A DNA stretch of 42,193 bases from the sequence record SRR20825019_171; one strand, given 5' to 3'. This document shows positions 1 to 9,683 of the stretch, piece after piece. The notes beneath the pieces are model-generated. The model saw only the letters and a list, made by a program, of their open reading frames with translations, was not told the origin of the DNA and ran no database searches. Position 1 is the first letter of the stretch, and each line of letters begins with the position of its first letter. Both the position numbers and the translations under genes were made by a program.

Positions 1-75
1 AATCTTGCTAGCGGTTTTAACAGAGGATTTTTATTTTCCAAAGCATAGTTGTTCCAAACTCAGAAAAATATGCTC

Positions 76-738
76 TTATTCACCTTTTTGATTAATCTTC
101 TCTCTCCTAAAAAGCAGATACGAATACAGCACTGGAATAATCGTGATAATTCCTGTAATTACTAAAAAGATGATGAGACTGTATTGCTGTGCAAGAAGCA
201 TACTCATCAAAATAATGATTAATCCTCCAACGAACCACATTTTTCCAGCAACAATATGTGTCTGTTTCCAAACGGTTTCGCTCTCCAAAGTCCATGGGGT
301 ACGAATTCCAAGGAAGTAGTTGGGTTTGATCGTTTTAAAGTAACTCCCTAGAAACACGAAGAACAATCCCAATCCGAGAATCAAGTAATTGAAATTATGT
401 GTCGATTGATTTAAGGAAGCATGAATCACAAAAAATGCAATTCCAGTTGTAAAGAGTGTGACAACATATTTTATTCGTTGGAATTTCTTTCCCATTTGAG
501 CGATTCTCTTTTTTGGATCAATCAAGGGGAGAAGCAAAAATAGAAGATAAGAAAAGAGTGGGAGACCAATGGCAAGTGCTATTAGCGTTGATTTGTCACC
601 GTAATTGTCAATTTCTCCGCCAATATTCCAATGCAAGGGAACTTGCTGTGGTAACTCCTTCCAGATAAAAATGAGGTAGGTGATTGGTAACAGAATTAAT
701 GCTATTAACAGTAAATCTTGTTTTAATTTTGGGTTCAT
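76..738 (-). CDS. sdpI: SdpI/YhfL-family immunity membrane protein with N-terminal DUF1648
   Basis: LPQQVPLHWNIGGEID (DUF1648) and KPNYFLGIRTPWTLESETVWKQTH (SdpI) motifs; several TM helices; directly downstream of an SdpR-like gene. Confidence 0.88.
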   Translation of the reverse strand: MNPKLKQDLLLIALILLPITYLIFIWKELPQQVPLHWNIGGEIDNYGDKSTLIALAIGLPLFSYLLFLLLPLIDPKKRIAQMGKKFQRIKYVVTLFTTGIAFFVIHASLNQSTHNFNYLILGLGLFFVFLGSYFKTIKPNYFLGIRTPWTLESETVWKQTHIVAGKMWFVGGLIIILMSMLLAQQYSLIIFLVITGIITIIPVLYSYLLFRREKINQKGE

Positions 739-742
739 GAGC

Positions 743-997
743 TTATTTTTTGAGTGTTATTATCCAATTGAGAAGGTCTTCGAAAATGCTTGTATTGAGC
801 GAATACTCTACGAATTGTCCCTTTTTCTCACCCGTGATCAAGTCGGCACGTTTAAGAATGTCCAAATGATGTGAAATGCTTGGCTTCGAAATATTGAATT
901 TGTCAGCAATTTCTCCTGCGTTCATATCCCGCTCCTTCAATAGCTCTAGGATTTCTCGTCTAGTCTCGTCGTTTAATGCTTTGAATACTGAATTCAT
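743..997 (-). CDS. sdpR: ArsR/SmtB-family autorepressor, SdpR-like
   Basis: FKALNDETRREIL...MNAGEIADKF.ISKPSISHHLDILKRADL winged HTH; 4 bp upstream of sdpI. Confidence 0.9.
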   Translation of the reverse strand: MNSVFKALNDETRREILELLKERDMNAGEIADKFNISKPSISHHLDILKRADLITGEKKGQFVEYSLNTSIFEDLLNWIITLKK

Positions 998-1007
998 TTC
1001 ATTTAGT

Positions 1008-1029
1008 TAATTAGACAAATATCTAAATA
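1008..1029. promoter_or_regulatory. Putative SdpR operator (imperfect inverted repeat)
   Basis: TAATTAGA-CAAATA-TCTAAATA, 7/8 arm match, 10 bp upstream of the sdpR start. Confidence 0.6.
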
Positions 1030-1111
1030 TTATTTAAATCTGCAAACTATATTTAAGTCAACACTCTTATTTTAGTTTAGCATATCTTGATAAAACCTTA
1101 ATTATTAACAC

Positions 1112-1154
1112 AAAAAAAAAGTGGAATGAGCCATTATAGCACCATCCCACTTTT
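1112..1154 (-). terminator. Intrinsic terminator of the OmpA-domain gene
   Basis: AAAAGTGGaATG...CATcCCACTTTT hairpin with A9 on + (U-tract on -). Confidence 0.65.
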
Positions 1155-1172
1155 AATATTGTTATCGACTTC

Positions 1173-2051
1173 TTACTTCGAGTTCAATAAGTTCATTACT
1201 TCATCCAATTTTGGAGAAAGAATAATTTCAGTTCTTCTGTTTTTTGCTCTTCCTTCAGGTGTTGCATTGTCTCCTTTCGGGAAAAATTCGCCACGTCCTG
1301 CAGGTGTAACTTGCTTTGGTGCTACTTTATAATTGTTTGTTAATGTACGAACAACAGAAGCCGCACGAGCAACGCTTAAATCCCAGTTATCCTTGTACAA
1401 TGCTGTTTTAATAGGAATGTTATCCGTGTGACCTTCAACCAATACATCAATATCTGGATTTTTCACCAAGACATCAGCAAGTAGTTTTAGCGCTTCAATC
1501 CCCTTCGTTTCCATGTCCGCACTTCCTGATTTAAACATCAACTTGTCAGACATAGAGACGTACACTTTTCCATTTTTCACTTCAACTGAAAGTTCATCTG
1601 AATTGAATCCTAACAACGCATTTCTCAACGTAGCGTTCAAACGGGCAGTAATTGAATCCTGACGAGAAACAATCGCTCGCATTTCATTCAACGCTTTCTC
1701 TCTTTCTTCGATGGTAGCCTCACGCTCTTTTAACGTGCGGAGTAATTTAGCTTGCTCGGAACTAGACTGACTAGAAAGAGCGTCATAATCAGCTTTCCAT
1801 TTTGCAGTTTCGTTTTTTGATTCTGCCCAATTATCGCTCAAGTTCTCAATGTCTTGCCGTAATTCAGCATTTTCACCTTTTTGTGTGTCTAATGCAACAC
1901 ATAAACTATCGCGCTGGATAACGGTCGACTTGAGTCTTTTAGACCCCTGAAGTTTTTTTGAAGGCACATCACCACATTCATAAATTGGCGCGCAAGACTG
2001 AAAAACTCCAGTCAAAACAAGTACAAAAAAGATAGTTTTTTTCATCATCAA
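1173..2051 (-). CDS. OmpA/MotB-family peptidoglycan-binding lipoprotein with coiled coil
   Basis: Signal peptide ending FQSC; coiled-coil middle; EGHTDN...NWDLSVARA...GRAKNRRTEI OmpA-C motifs. Confidence 0.88.
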   Translation of the reverse strand: MMMKKTIFFVLVLTGVFQSCAPIYECGDVPSKKLQGSKRLKSTVIQRDSLCVALDTQKGENAELRQDIENLSDNWAESKNETAKWKADYDALSSQSSSEQAKLLRTLKEREATIEEREKALNEMRAIVSRQDSITARLNATLRNALLGFNSDELSVEVKNGKVYVSMSDKLMFKSGSADMETKGIEALKLLADVLVKNPDIDVLVEGHTDNIPIKTALYKDNWDLSVARAASVVRTLTNNYKVAPKQVTPAGRGEFFPKGDNATPEGRAKNRRTEIILSPKLDEVMNLLNSK

Positions 2052-2439
2052 TAGATTTTGACGCGAATGTATTTATTCTAATACAGCTGAATGAAAAATT
2101 GCATTTTTTTAACGATTTTAACATTGGTTGACCGTGACACAATCTTAGGTCAATTTACCAGATAATAGCTCAAGACAGAGGCTTCGGATTATTTTGTGAT
2201 TCAAAAAAGAAGAAAAATCCACGTACTTTTTAGAATAAACCTATTTTAGTAGAGACAATCTAACCGAGGTTCACTATTTGGATTCATTATTTTTCGAGCG
2301 TGATAGATGTTTGTTATTTGAGTAGCGTACCTGCTATATAAAGGATTGTCTGAATTTTAATTGAAATTAAACGCAAGTGTCTTTGATCGTTGCGGTATTG
2401 TAAGTGCCACTCAAATGATAATAATTAGGAAGAAATTAT

Positions 2440-3138
2440 ATGAATGAATTTGAAGAAATAATTAAGAATGATGCCTCATTATCAAAACTATTAAGCGATA
2501 AGCAAATAACAGTATTCTCTAATTTCTCTAAAACAGATTATAGTGATGAATTAAAGAATTACATTCAAGAAAGGTATTATGATGTCTTTAAAGAGTTGTA
2601 TTGGCAAGGAATTGAAGAAAATAATGAGGGTCAAGCCAGCGCTTTGATAAGATCTTCAGAATTCTTGGCTACCGAAAAGACTAAATGTCTGCTCGTTGAG
2701 GAGTTCAATGTAACACTGAAAAGGACTTATGATAATCTTTTAGCTTTCAAAGCGTTGTTAGCAGATAATAGTGAGGAAATTCATTTCACAGTATCACTTG
2801 ATGAGCCAATAGACGGACTTTCTGTCAATATTTTCAACAGGTTTGGGTACAGTGAAACCATCAATGATTATAAAACTAAAATCATTGGTGCTGCTCTGGA
2901 TATTTGTGATGTTGTTTCGAAGATCAGTCCCAAAAGAAGCCCTTTCAAGTATGCTGTGTACAACGCAGTAATGAATAATTTACTGAAAATTGATGACTTT
3001 GGTTCTTTACATGAACGATACGAAACTCACCGAAGAAAAATTTCAAATAAACGAACAGGAATTGAAGTCAAATACGTGATCTTAACGATTGTCGTTGTCA
3101 TATTAATATTGCTACGAGTAATTTCTAGATTGGACTAA
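2440..3138 (+). CDS. Hypothetical protein with a single C-terminal TM anchor
   Basis: 232-aa ORF; helical acidic body; C-terminal YVILTIVVVILILLRVI. Confidence 0.75.
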   Translation: MNEFEEIIKNDASLSKLLSDKQITVFSNFSKTDYSDELKNYIQERYYDVFKELYWQGIEENNEGQASALIRSSEFLATEKTKCLLVEEFNVTLKRTYDNLLAFKALLADNSEEIHFTVSLDEPIDGLSVNIFNRFGYSETINDYKTKIIGAALDICDVVSKISPKRSPFKYAVYNAVMNNLLKIDDFGSLHERYETHRRKISNKRTGIEVKYVILTIVVVILILLRVISRLD

Positions 3139-3217
3139 AGGCAGTTTAGCAGTATGATATAAGGAAATGTCGAATACTTAAACAGTACAACTTGCTATTG
3201 GATTTCGTGACGAACAA

Positions 3218-3247
3218 TTTTCTCTCGGAAGAACAACCGAGAGAAAA
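3218..3247. terminator. Stem-loop between convergent genes
   Basis: TTTTCTCTCGG-N8-CCGAGAGAAAA, 11-bp perfect stem; weak U-tract. Confidence 0.55.
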
Positions 3248-3365
3248 ATTTCACTTTTTAGAACGATCATAGGGGATAAAAGCAATCAAAGTACGTTCTA
3301 CAATGAATAACAGTGCCAATTTATCCGATAGTCTATCACTCAATACATATTTCTTAAACACACAA

Positions 3366-5744
3366 TCAATGCCTTCCGCCGCCAGTATAACTCATCGCTT
3401 CGCCTTTTCCAAAGCTGTAGCTAAATCCAAGCGTTACAAAACGTCCACGCTGCGAGAAATCATAGAGGTAGTACGTTTGTTGACTAATCACACTTTCACG
3501 GATTCTCGAAGCGAAAATATCGCGCACAGATAAATTGACAACCGCTTTCCCTTTTCCTATTTTCTTTCTGATTCCGGCATCTGCGAAAGCAAACCCTGAA
3601 ACAGTTCCTTGTACCGTTTTGTACTTCGATTCGTAATTCGTGGTAAACTCTAAATCGATGTCTGCCTTAAGCTTGAACTTGAAATTAAGCCTTCCTGACC
3701 ATTGATCTCCACTGAAGTTGAAATTCTGTGTTTCGTATTCACCTTGGCGATTAAAATAACCGTAGTTGGCATCTCCCATTAAACTAAACCATTTCGCGGG
3801 AGAATATTTCCAATTGAGTTCAAGACCAATTTTTTGGTTTGTTCCAATGTTCATAGGTGTAGTAATCGTAACTCCATCGGAATAAATAGAAATGTTTTCC
3901 TTTACATTCGTGGTATTGAGGAAATAAAGACTCGAATTCAATGAAACCTTATTGAAGAGGAAAATCCCTGTAAGTTCATAAGAATCCCCAAACTCTGGCA
4001 ATAGATCTGGATTTCCTGTTCGAATATTAAAGTTGTTTCGAATGTTAAAGAAGGGATTCAAATCCCATAAACGTGGTCGGAAAATTCGTTTTGAATAACC
4101 AGCCTGAAGTTGAAATTTCTTCGAGATTTTATAGGATGTATGTACCGTTGGAAAGAGGTTTGTGTAATTCTGATTGTTCACTTCATTCGTATTCGTCAAC
4201 ACAGTTTGTAAATCTGTATTCTCTGCACGTAATCCAAGTTTTAATCCCCATTTCGTTAGTTCATAACCTCCCGTAGCGTAAACACCTAGGACTTTTTGAT
4301 TGTATTCAAAATTGTTCGTCAAGCTCGTGTCGATTACATTCGCGCCGTTCTCTTCAGTGTATACTTGATAATCATTTCCAACATTGTTCAAGTTGTACAT
4401 CGCTCCAGTTTCCAAGGTGAAACGCTTTGAAAAAGGATTGGTGTAGTCGATTTGATACGTCTGATCTTGCTGAAAGAATTTCGTTTTTGTACTCTGATTG
4501 GCGAAATTGGTGTTTCCTAGAGAATAATTGTTCGTGAAAGTAGACGATTGATCTTTGCCAAAATATCGTCCAATTGCACTCATTTCTATCTTGTGATCAT
4601 TATTGTTTTTAAATTGCTTCGCGTATTTTAGATCGTATTGATATTTCGGATTTAGCGCAGATGTAACTTCCGTTCTACTATAGCGCGAAGATTCATTTCC
4701 TGCAGCATCAGTGATGTAGATATCTGTTTCTGAAGGTTGAGATTCCACTTCATACGAGAAATTTCCTGAAAGCGTAATTGTGTTGTATTTGTTGATGTAA
4801 TAATCTGTGCCCAGCGTGATATTGTAAAAATTCTCATTCCGATATGAAGTTCCTTCGCTAATAACAGAGGTGGAATCAATCAAGTTTCGATTTTCATTCT
4901 TTCCATAATTAGGGAGAGATCGATATCCTGCACCAAATTGTGTAAAGAGGTTGAACTTTTTTGTTCGGTAATTCAAGCTGCCACCGATAGAATGATTGTG
5001 CGGCCAACCAGTATTGACTGAAATGGATCCGTTAATGCCTTTATTTTCATCTTTTTTTAAGACAATATTGATAATTCCGGAAGTTCCACTAGCGTCGTAT
5101 TTTGCAGATGGGTTGGTAATTACTTCGATGGATTCTATCATGTCAGCAGTAATGGTTCCGAGTGCTTTCGAAGGATCGTCAGATAGTACAGACGGTTTTC
5201 CATTAATCAGGATTTGAACGCCGGAATTACCTCTCAATTTGACATTTCCTTCAATGTCCACGCTTACTGAAGGAACATTATTCAGAACATCCATCGCGCC
5301 CATGCCTGTTGCACTAATGTCTGATCCAACGTTGAATACCCGTTTGTCAAGTTTGAATTCCATGCTCGATTTCTCTGCTGTCACTTTCACTTCACCCATG
5401 TCTTGGGTAATTTGATTCAGAACTATTTTTCCAAGGTCATTAATTCCTTCCTTAATCTGAAGGTCTCGAAGTTCGAGTTTATCAAAACCAATAAAGCTGA
5501 TTTTTAGATATGTATTGGAAGAATCTGTGGCCAATTGAAACGTACCATCTTCGCCAGTTGTTGTTCCTGCCAAAATTTTATCATTGGTCAGAGATTGTAC
5601 GACAACTGTTACGAATGGAAGGGGAGTTTCGCTTTCTGCTTCAATCACTGTACCTTTAAAAGTATATGCTCCCTGAGCAAAGGCAGCAGAATAAATGAAT
5701 ATTATTGCTGAACTTAGGATGAATGCGCTTATTTTTCTGATCAT
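3366..5744 (-). CDS. TonB-dependent receptor-like outer-membrane beta-barrel (CarboxypepD_reg-like, plug, barrel)
   Basis: Signal peptide; PLPFVTV...GTTTGEDGTF; LNNVPSVSVD.EG.VKLRG; IEVITNPSAKYDASG.SGIINIVLKK; GNPDLLPE. Confidence 0.9.
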   Translation of the reverse strand: MIRKISAFILSSAIIFIYSAAFAQGAYTFKGTVIEAESETPLPFVTVVVQSLTNDKILAGTTTGEDGTFQLATDSSNTYLKISFIGFDKLELRDLQIKEGINDLGKIVLNQITQDMGEVKVTAEKSSMEFKLDKRVFNVGSDISATGMGAMDVLNNVPSVSVDIEGNVKLRGNSGVQILINGKPSVLSDDPSKALGTITADMIESIEVITNPSAKYDASGTSGIINIVLKKDENKGINGSISVNTGWPHNHSIGGSLNYRTKKFNLFTQFGAGYRSLPNYGKNENRNLIDSTSVISEGTSYRNENFYNITLGTDYYINKYNTITLSGNFSYEVESQPSETDIYITDAAGNESSRYSRTEVTSALNPKYQYDLKYAKQFKNNNDHKIEMSAIGRYFGKDQSSTFTNNYSLGNTNFANQSTKTKFFQQDQTYQIDYTNPFSKRFTLETGAMYNLNNVGNDYQVYTEENGANVIDTSLTNNFEYNQKVLGVYATGGYELTKWGLKLGLRAENTDLQTVLTNTNEVNNQNYTNLFPTVHTSYKISKKFQLQAGYSKRIFRPRLWDLNPFFNIRNNFNIRTGNPDLLPEFGDSYELTGIFLFNKVSLNSSLYFLNTTNVKENISIYSDGVTITTPMNIGTNQKIGLELNWKYSPAKWFSLMGDANYGYFNRQGEYETQNFNFSGDQWSGRLNFKFKLKADIDLEFTTNYESKYKTVQGTVSGFAFADAGIRKKIGKGKAVVNLSVRDIFASRIRESVISQQTYYLYDFSQRGRFVTLGFSYSFGKGEAMSYTGGGRH

Positions 5745-5968
5745 TATCGAATACGTTTGTATGCAAAAAAAGGGGCTTTCATTCTTTGGGAGAAATCAAT
5801 TTGGGTAAACTGCAGATTTTATCCTGTGAGTGGCAAAATTGGTTCTCTTCTGCAGACTTTTATGCTTATTTGGTCCGTTAAAATCAGGTTTCAGGTAAAA
5901 AGATGACATGTAAGGGGATAAAACGGTTGTTTGCGGAGTTCAGCTATGGAGTTGAACGGAATAGTGTT

Positions 5969-5976
5969 TATTTTTG
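5969..5976 (+). promoter_or_regulatory. Bacteroidota -7 promoter element for the LytS gene
   Basis: TATTTTTG matches TAnnTTTG; 4 nt before ATG 5981. Confidence 0.55.
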
Positions 5977-5980
5977 AAGA

Positions 5981-7015
5981 ATGTGGTCAACAAAAAAGAT
6001 CAATCGTGTGAATACCTGGGAATTCCTTTTTCAAGTGATTCTTCTCGGTCTTGTTTTTATTTTTTATTCATTTGAACGTTTCGGAGGACATGTTTCTGCA
6101 AAAGTGGATGCTTGGGAGGTTGCTTTTTTCCTTAATTACACAGTGGCAGCGATGATCATAAACTACCTTTTGTTGCCGCGATTATTGTATCGGAAAAAGT
6201 ACTTCCTTTTTACTTTTTTTACAATTCTGATTCTTGGGATTGTGATTTTCGTTGAGGAAGGTGTGATCGAACAAATTTACTTCCCCGACACACGTGGACA
6301 AAGATTCCCAGGTGTGTTTGTCAATTTAATGACGGCTTTACCGACCATTACGATCTTGGTGGGATTCAAGTTTGCTTGGGATGCATTGAATCAGCAACGA
6401 CAGCTAGAGGAATTAAAAACAATGGTGAAAGAGAGTGAGTTGCAGTTTTTAAAAACGCAGATCAACCCACACTTTTTGTTCAATAATCTGAATAATCTCT
6501 ATGCGTATGCGCTCGAACGTTCCCCGAAAACCCCTGAAATTATCCTTGAACTTTCTGGCGTAATGCGTTATATGCTCTATGAATGTATGGAAGAAACTGT
6601 GCCGCTAAACAAGGAGATTGAACAATTAGAAAATTTCGTTAATCTCAGTAAACTTCAGTTCGAAAATCGAGGAGAAATTCGTTTTGAAGCACGAAACTTG
6701 GGATCTGGACATCGTATTGCTCCACTTATTCTATCTGTGTTTCTAGAAAACGCATTCAAACACAGTGCTTCGAGTCAAAATGACAATATTGAGATTGATA
6801 TTTGTATAAAATGGAAAGGGGAGAGCAGGTTGGTATTCCGATGTAAAAACACCTACTCTGAGCAATCGAATACATCGAATTTATCCAAGGGAATTGGTTT
6901 GGAGAATGTTCGAAAACGATTGGCTCTTTTGTACCCAAATCGACACGAAATGGAAGTCAAAGACGAGAATGGGATTTATGATGTTATATTGGAGATTGAA
7001 CTTGAAAAGCAATAG
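5981..7015 (+). CDS. LytS/YehU-family sensor histidine kinase
   Basis: About four TM helices; LKTQINPHFLFNNLNNLY H-box; FLENAFKH N-box; GIGLENV G-box. Confidence 0.93.
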   Translation: MWSTKKINRVNTWEFLFQVILLGLVFIFYSFERFGGHVSAKVDAWEVAFFLNYTVAAMIINYLLLPRLLYRKKYFLFTFFTILILGIVIFVEEGVIEQIYFPDTRGQRFPGVFVNLMTALPTITILVGFKFAWDALNQQRQLEELKTMVKESELQFLKTQINPHFLFNNLNNLYAYALERSPKTPEIILELSGVMRYMLYECMEETVPLNKEIEQLENFVNLSKLQFENRGEIRFEARNLGSGHRIAPLILSVFLENAFKHSASSQNDNIEIDICIKWKGESRLVFRCKNTYSEQSNTSNLSKGIGLENVRKRLALLYPNRHEMEVKDENGIYDVILEIELEKQ

Positions 7016-7017
7016 AA

Positions 7018-7710
7018 ATGGACTGTATAATTATTGAAGATCAAGCACCAGCACAAAGGGTATTACGAAAGTACATCGAGGATTTTGGTGGGTTGAATTT
7101 GGTTGGGACGTTTTCGTCAGCATTACAAGCACTCGATTTTCTCCGATCTCAAAAAGTAGATCTTATTTTTCTTGATATTCACTTACCAAAGCTCTCTGGG
7201 ATTGATTTCTTAAAGTCACTCTTAAATCCACCAAAAATTATTCTAACAACAGCATTTACAGATTACGCAGTGGAAGGATATGAGCTGGATGTGGCAGATT
7301 ATTTAGTAAAACCTTTTTCCTTTGAACGTTTTGTAAAAGCGATTAATAAAATTTCGGTAGAGTCATCTCAAACTGGTGCTAAATCTGGGAATTCATTAAC
7401 GGAAAGTATTTTTATCAAATCTGGGTATGAATACATCAAGTTGTTCCCGCGTGATGTGCTGTTTATTCAATCGGACATGGATTACACGGAAATTTATTTG
7501 AGCGACAAAAAATACCTAACTACAGAAACCCTTTCTCATTGGGAGTCGCAATTGGAAACGTTTCAATTTGTTCGCATCCATAAGTCGTACCTTGTAAATC
7601 CAGCGAAAATCCAAAAAGTAGTAGCAAATCACGTTGTATTTTCGGAAGTTCATTCAATTCCCATCGGTAGAACGTACAAAGAGAGTTTTTTGAGGGAGTT
7701 TATTCGGTAG
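7018..7710 (+). CDS. LytTR-family response regulator
   Basis: IIIED, DLIFLDI, DYLVKP receiver motifs; FVRIHKSYLVN...IPIGRTYK LytTR domain. Confidence 0.94.
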   Translation: MDCIIIEDQAPAQRVLRKYIEDFGGLNLVGTFSSALQALDFLRSQKVDLIFLDIHLPKLSGIDFLKSLLNPPKIILTTAFTDYAVEGYELDVADYLVKPFSFERFVKAINKISVESSQTGAKSGNSLTESIFIKSGYEYIKLFPRDVLFIQSDMDYTEIYLSDKKYLTTETLSHWESQLETFQFVRIHKSYLVNPAKIQKVVANHVVFSEVHSIPIGRTYKESFLREFIR

Positions 7711-8206
7711 TTAATGTGTTTGTCAAGGAATCAACCTGATTTGCTGTGCTGGTATCCTTGAGCCAGTGGAAACTACTCTTTGATTTTGATAAATTGTTTA
7801 AACTCGTTTGAAGTATAAGAGGTCTGACCACATTTGAGTCCTCTAGCGATACCTTGAGCAGAACGTCGTTCTCTCGAATAAGTGCAAAATTATACCTCTG
7901 TGCGTGTTTGTTTTCAGAACAAAGAACCAACGTGTCGGAATTGTTCAACCTGTAAAATGTTCCAAAAAAATGCTGCCAGCCGGCTAAGGCTGATTGACCA
8001 TAAATTTGGAAGTAATTTTGATCTCTCAGTTCAATAGTTGTGAATGACATTTTACCAGTGTGTGTGGCTTGAAAGTACAATTGATTCTCATTTAGATACT
8101 TAAATTCTTTTTTCGAAATTTTATCCGCTTTGCTATGTGGTCCAAGGCCTATGCAGCTATTCACTACAATGGTGATAAAACCAAGAACACAAAGGGAAAG
8201 TCTCAT
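7700..8206 (-). CDS. Hypothetical putative lipoprotein
   Basis: Hydrophobic N-terminus ending VNSC; 4-bp coupling with the upstream gene. Confidence 0.65.
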   Translation of the reverse strand: MRLSLCVLGFITIVVNSCIGLGPHSKADKISKKEFKYLNENQLYFQATHTGKMSFTTIELRDQNYFQIYGQSALAGWQHFFGTFYRLNNSDTLVLCSENKHAQRYNFALIRENDVLLKVSLEDSNVVRPLILQTSLNNLSKSKSSFHWLKDTSTANQVDSLTNTLTTE

Positions 8207-8934
8207 TGGTTTTTAATTTTTTCTTCCAGAAACTTAAAATATTCCTCTCTATTCATGGAAATTTGCCCTACACTATCAATGCTCCATAACTCGGTAGATC
8301 CTAAAAGTTCGATAATCTCGCCCGTCTCATCATAAATTACAGCCCAACTAATTTCAGATATTCCTTCACCCTTTATCTGATAGTATACTTTAGCGTGTAT
8401 TTTGTCTGAGTCTTTGCGATACAAAATCCATCGTCCTACTTTTTGTCCATTTGCATTTACTTCGTTCGGAGCTTCCTCCCAGTCAAATTCTTCAGGTGTT
8501 GGGAAAATGTACTTGTTCTCATGTGGGACAATTTCTCGATAATATAAACTGTCCTCGAAGCCTTTTTTGGTATTTAATTCAGCATAAAGCCCAATAATCA
8601 GCTTGAAATTCGTGTCTTTCACATTTGTCGCTAAAATATCAAGTTCATAACAGCAGTCGCAAAAGGTATAAATTTCTGAAACATCTTTAAATTCAATAAA
8701 AAGTGAATCATTGGATTTTTTCAGATTCACTTCTGGATAAAAAGAGCAGTGACGAACAATTCCTACCTTTAGATGAAGCGTGTCATTGAGTACTTCCTTT
8801 TTAATTAAGCGAAAAGGCTTGACATATTCCGCTGTAGCTTTTTTGTCACAAGAACTCATTTTTGTGCTGGTGATATTTTGAGCATGTGCGCTCAGTGCTC
8901 CAATGATAAGCATGAATACGGACGTAAATTTCAT
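8203..8934 (-). CDS. Hypothetical secreted protein with Cys motif and MORN/YwqK-like segment
   Basis: Signal peptide AHA|Q; CDCCY motif; NEVNANGQKVGRWILY. Confidence 0.7.
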   Translation of the reverse strand: MKFTSVFMLIIGALSAHAQNITSTKMSSCDKKATAEYVKPFRLIKKEVLNDTLHLKVGIVRHCSFYPEVNLKKSNDSLFIEFKDVSEIYTFCDCCYELDILATNVKDTNFKLIIGLYAELNTKKGFEDSLYYREIVPHENKYIFPTPEEFDWEEAPNEVNANGQKVGRWILYRKDSDKIHAKVYYQIKGEGISEISWAVIYDETGEIIELLGSTELWSIDSVGQISMNREEYFKFLEEKIKNQ

Positions 8935-8955
8935 AGCTCACTCATTTTGACGTGT

Positions 8956-9567
8956 TTACTTCACGAAAAAGTCTTTCAATCCGCTAAGGATACTCTGAAC
9001 GGCATAAGAAGCAAGAATCAGTCCCATGATCTTACTGATTACTGTAATTCCGTATTCACCAACTCGTTTTTGAATATGAGTTGCTGCCATGAGCAAGAGC
9101 ATCGTCAGCGCAACGACAAATAATACCACAAAAGAAGTTATGGTTTGCTGTTGTAGGGTATAAAGATGATTGTCAGTTAATAAAACCACAGCCATAATAG
9201 CGCCAGGAGAGGCAATTGAAGGAATCGCTACGGGGAAAATAGTGACGTGCTTGTAGTCCTTTATGGCGTGCTTTTCAGATTCCGGTTTTCCTTCTCCGAA
9301 AATCATTGTTAATGCAAAGAGGAATAAAATCACTCCGCCAGAAATTTGAAAAGCATCTAATGATACAGCCATTCCTTCCAAAATCATTTGACCAACCGTA
9401 ATAAAAAACAGGAAAACAAGAAACGCAATCAAGGATGCGCGAATGGCAATTTTCTTCTTGTATTTCTGATCAAAATCTTTGGTGGCCTCTAAAAATACGG
9501 GAACCGATCCAAGTGGGTCAATAACGGCGATTAGAAAAAGAATTTTTGTAATTATTTCCGTTAACAT
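8956..9567 (-). CDS. marC: MarC-family membrane protein
   Basis: IDPLGSVPVF, FQISGGVILF, FPVAIPSIASPGAI and KIMGLILA motifs. Confidence 0.92.
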   Translation of the reverse strand: MLTEIITKILFLIAVIDPLGSVPVFLEATKDFDQKYKKKIAIRASLIAFLVFLFFITVGQMILEGMAVSLDAFQISGGVILFLFALTMIFGEGKPESEKHAIKDYKHVTIFPVAIPSIASPGAIMAVVLLTDNHLYTLQQQTITSFVVLFVVALTMLLLMAATHIQKRVGEYGITVISKIMGLILASYAVQSILSGLKDFFVK

Positions 9568-9683
9568 ACGAAATCCGGGTGTTTTTTATGGTTTTTATTA
9601 CTATTCCCCGAAGATACATTTTTAGGATTAAATAGAAACAGAGCTGCCACTAATCTTGTGTGTTGAACTGAATCGGTCTATCA

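Noticed and set aside
1173..2051. Flagellar motB assignment
   Set aside because: No motA or flagellar genes nearby; it has a lipoprotein signal rather than the MotB TM helix
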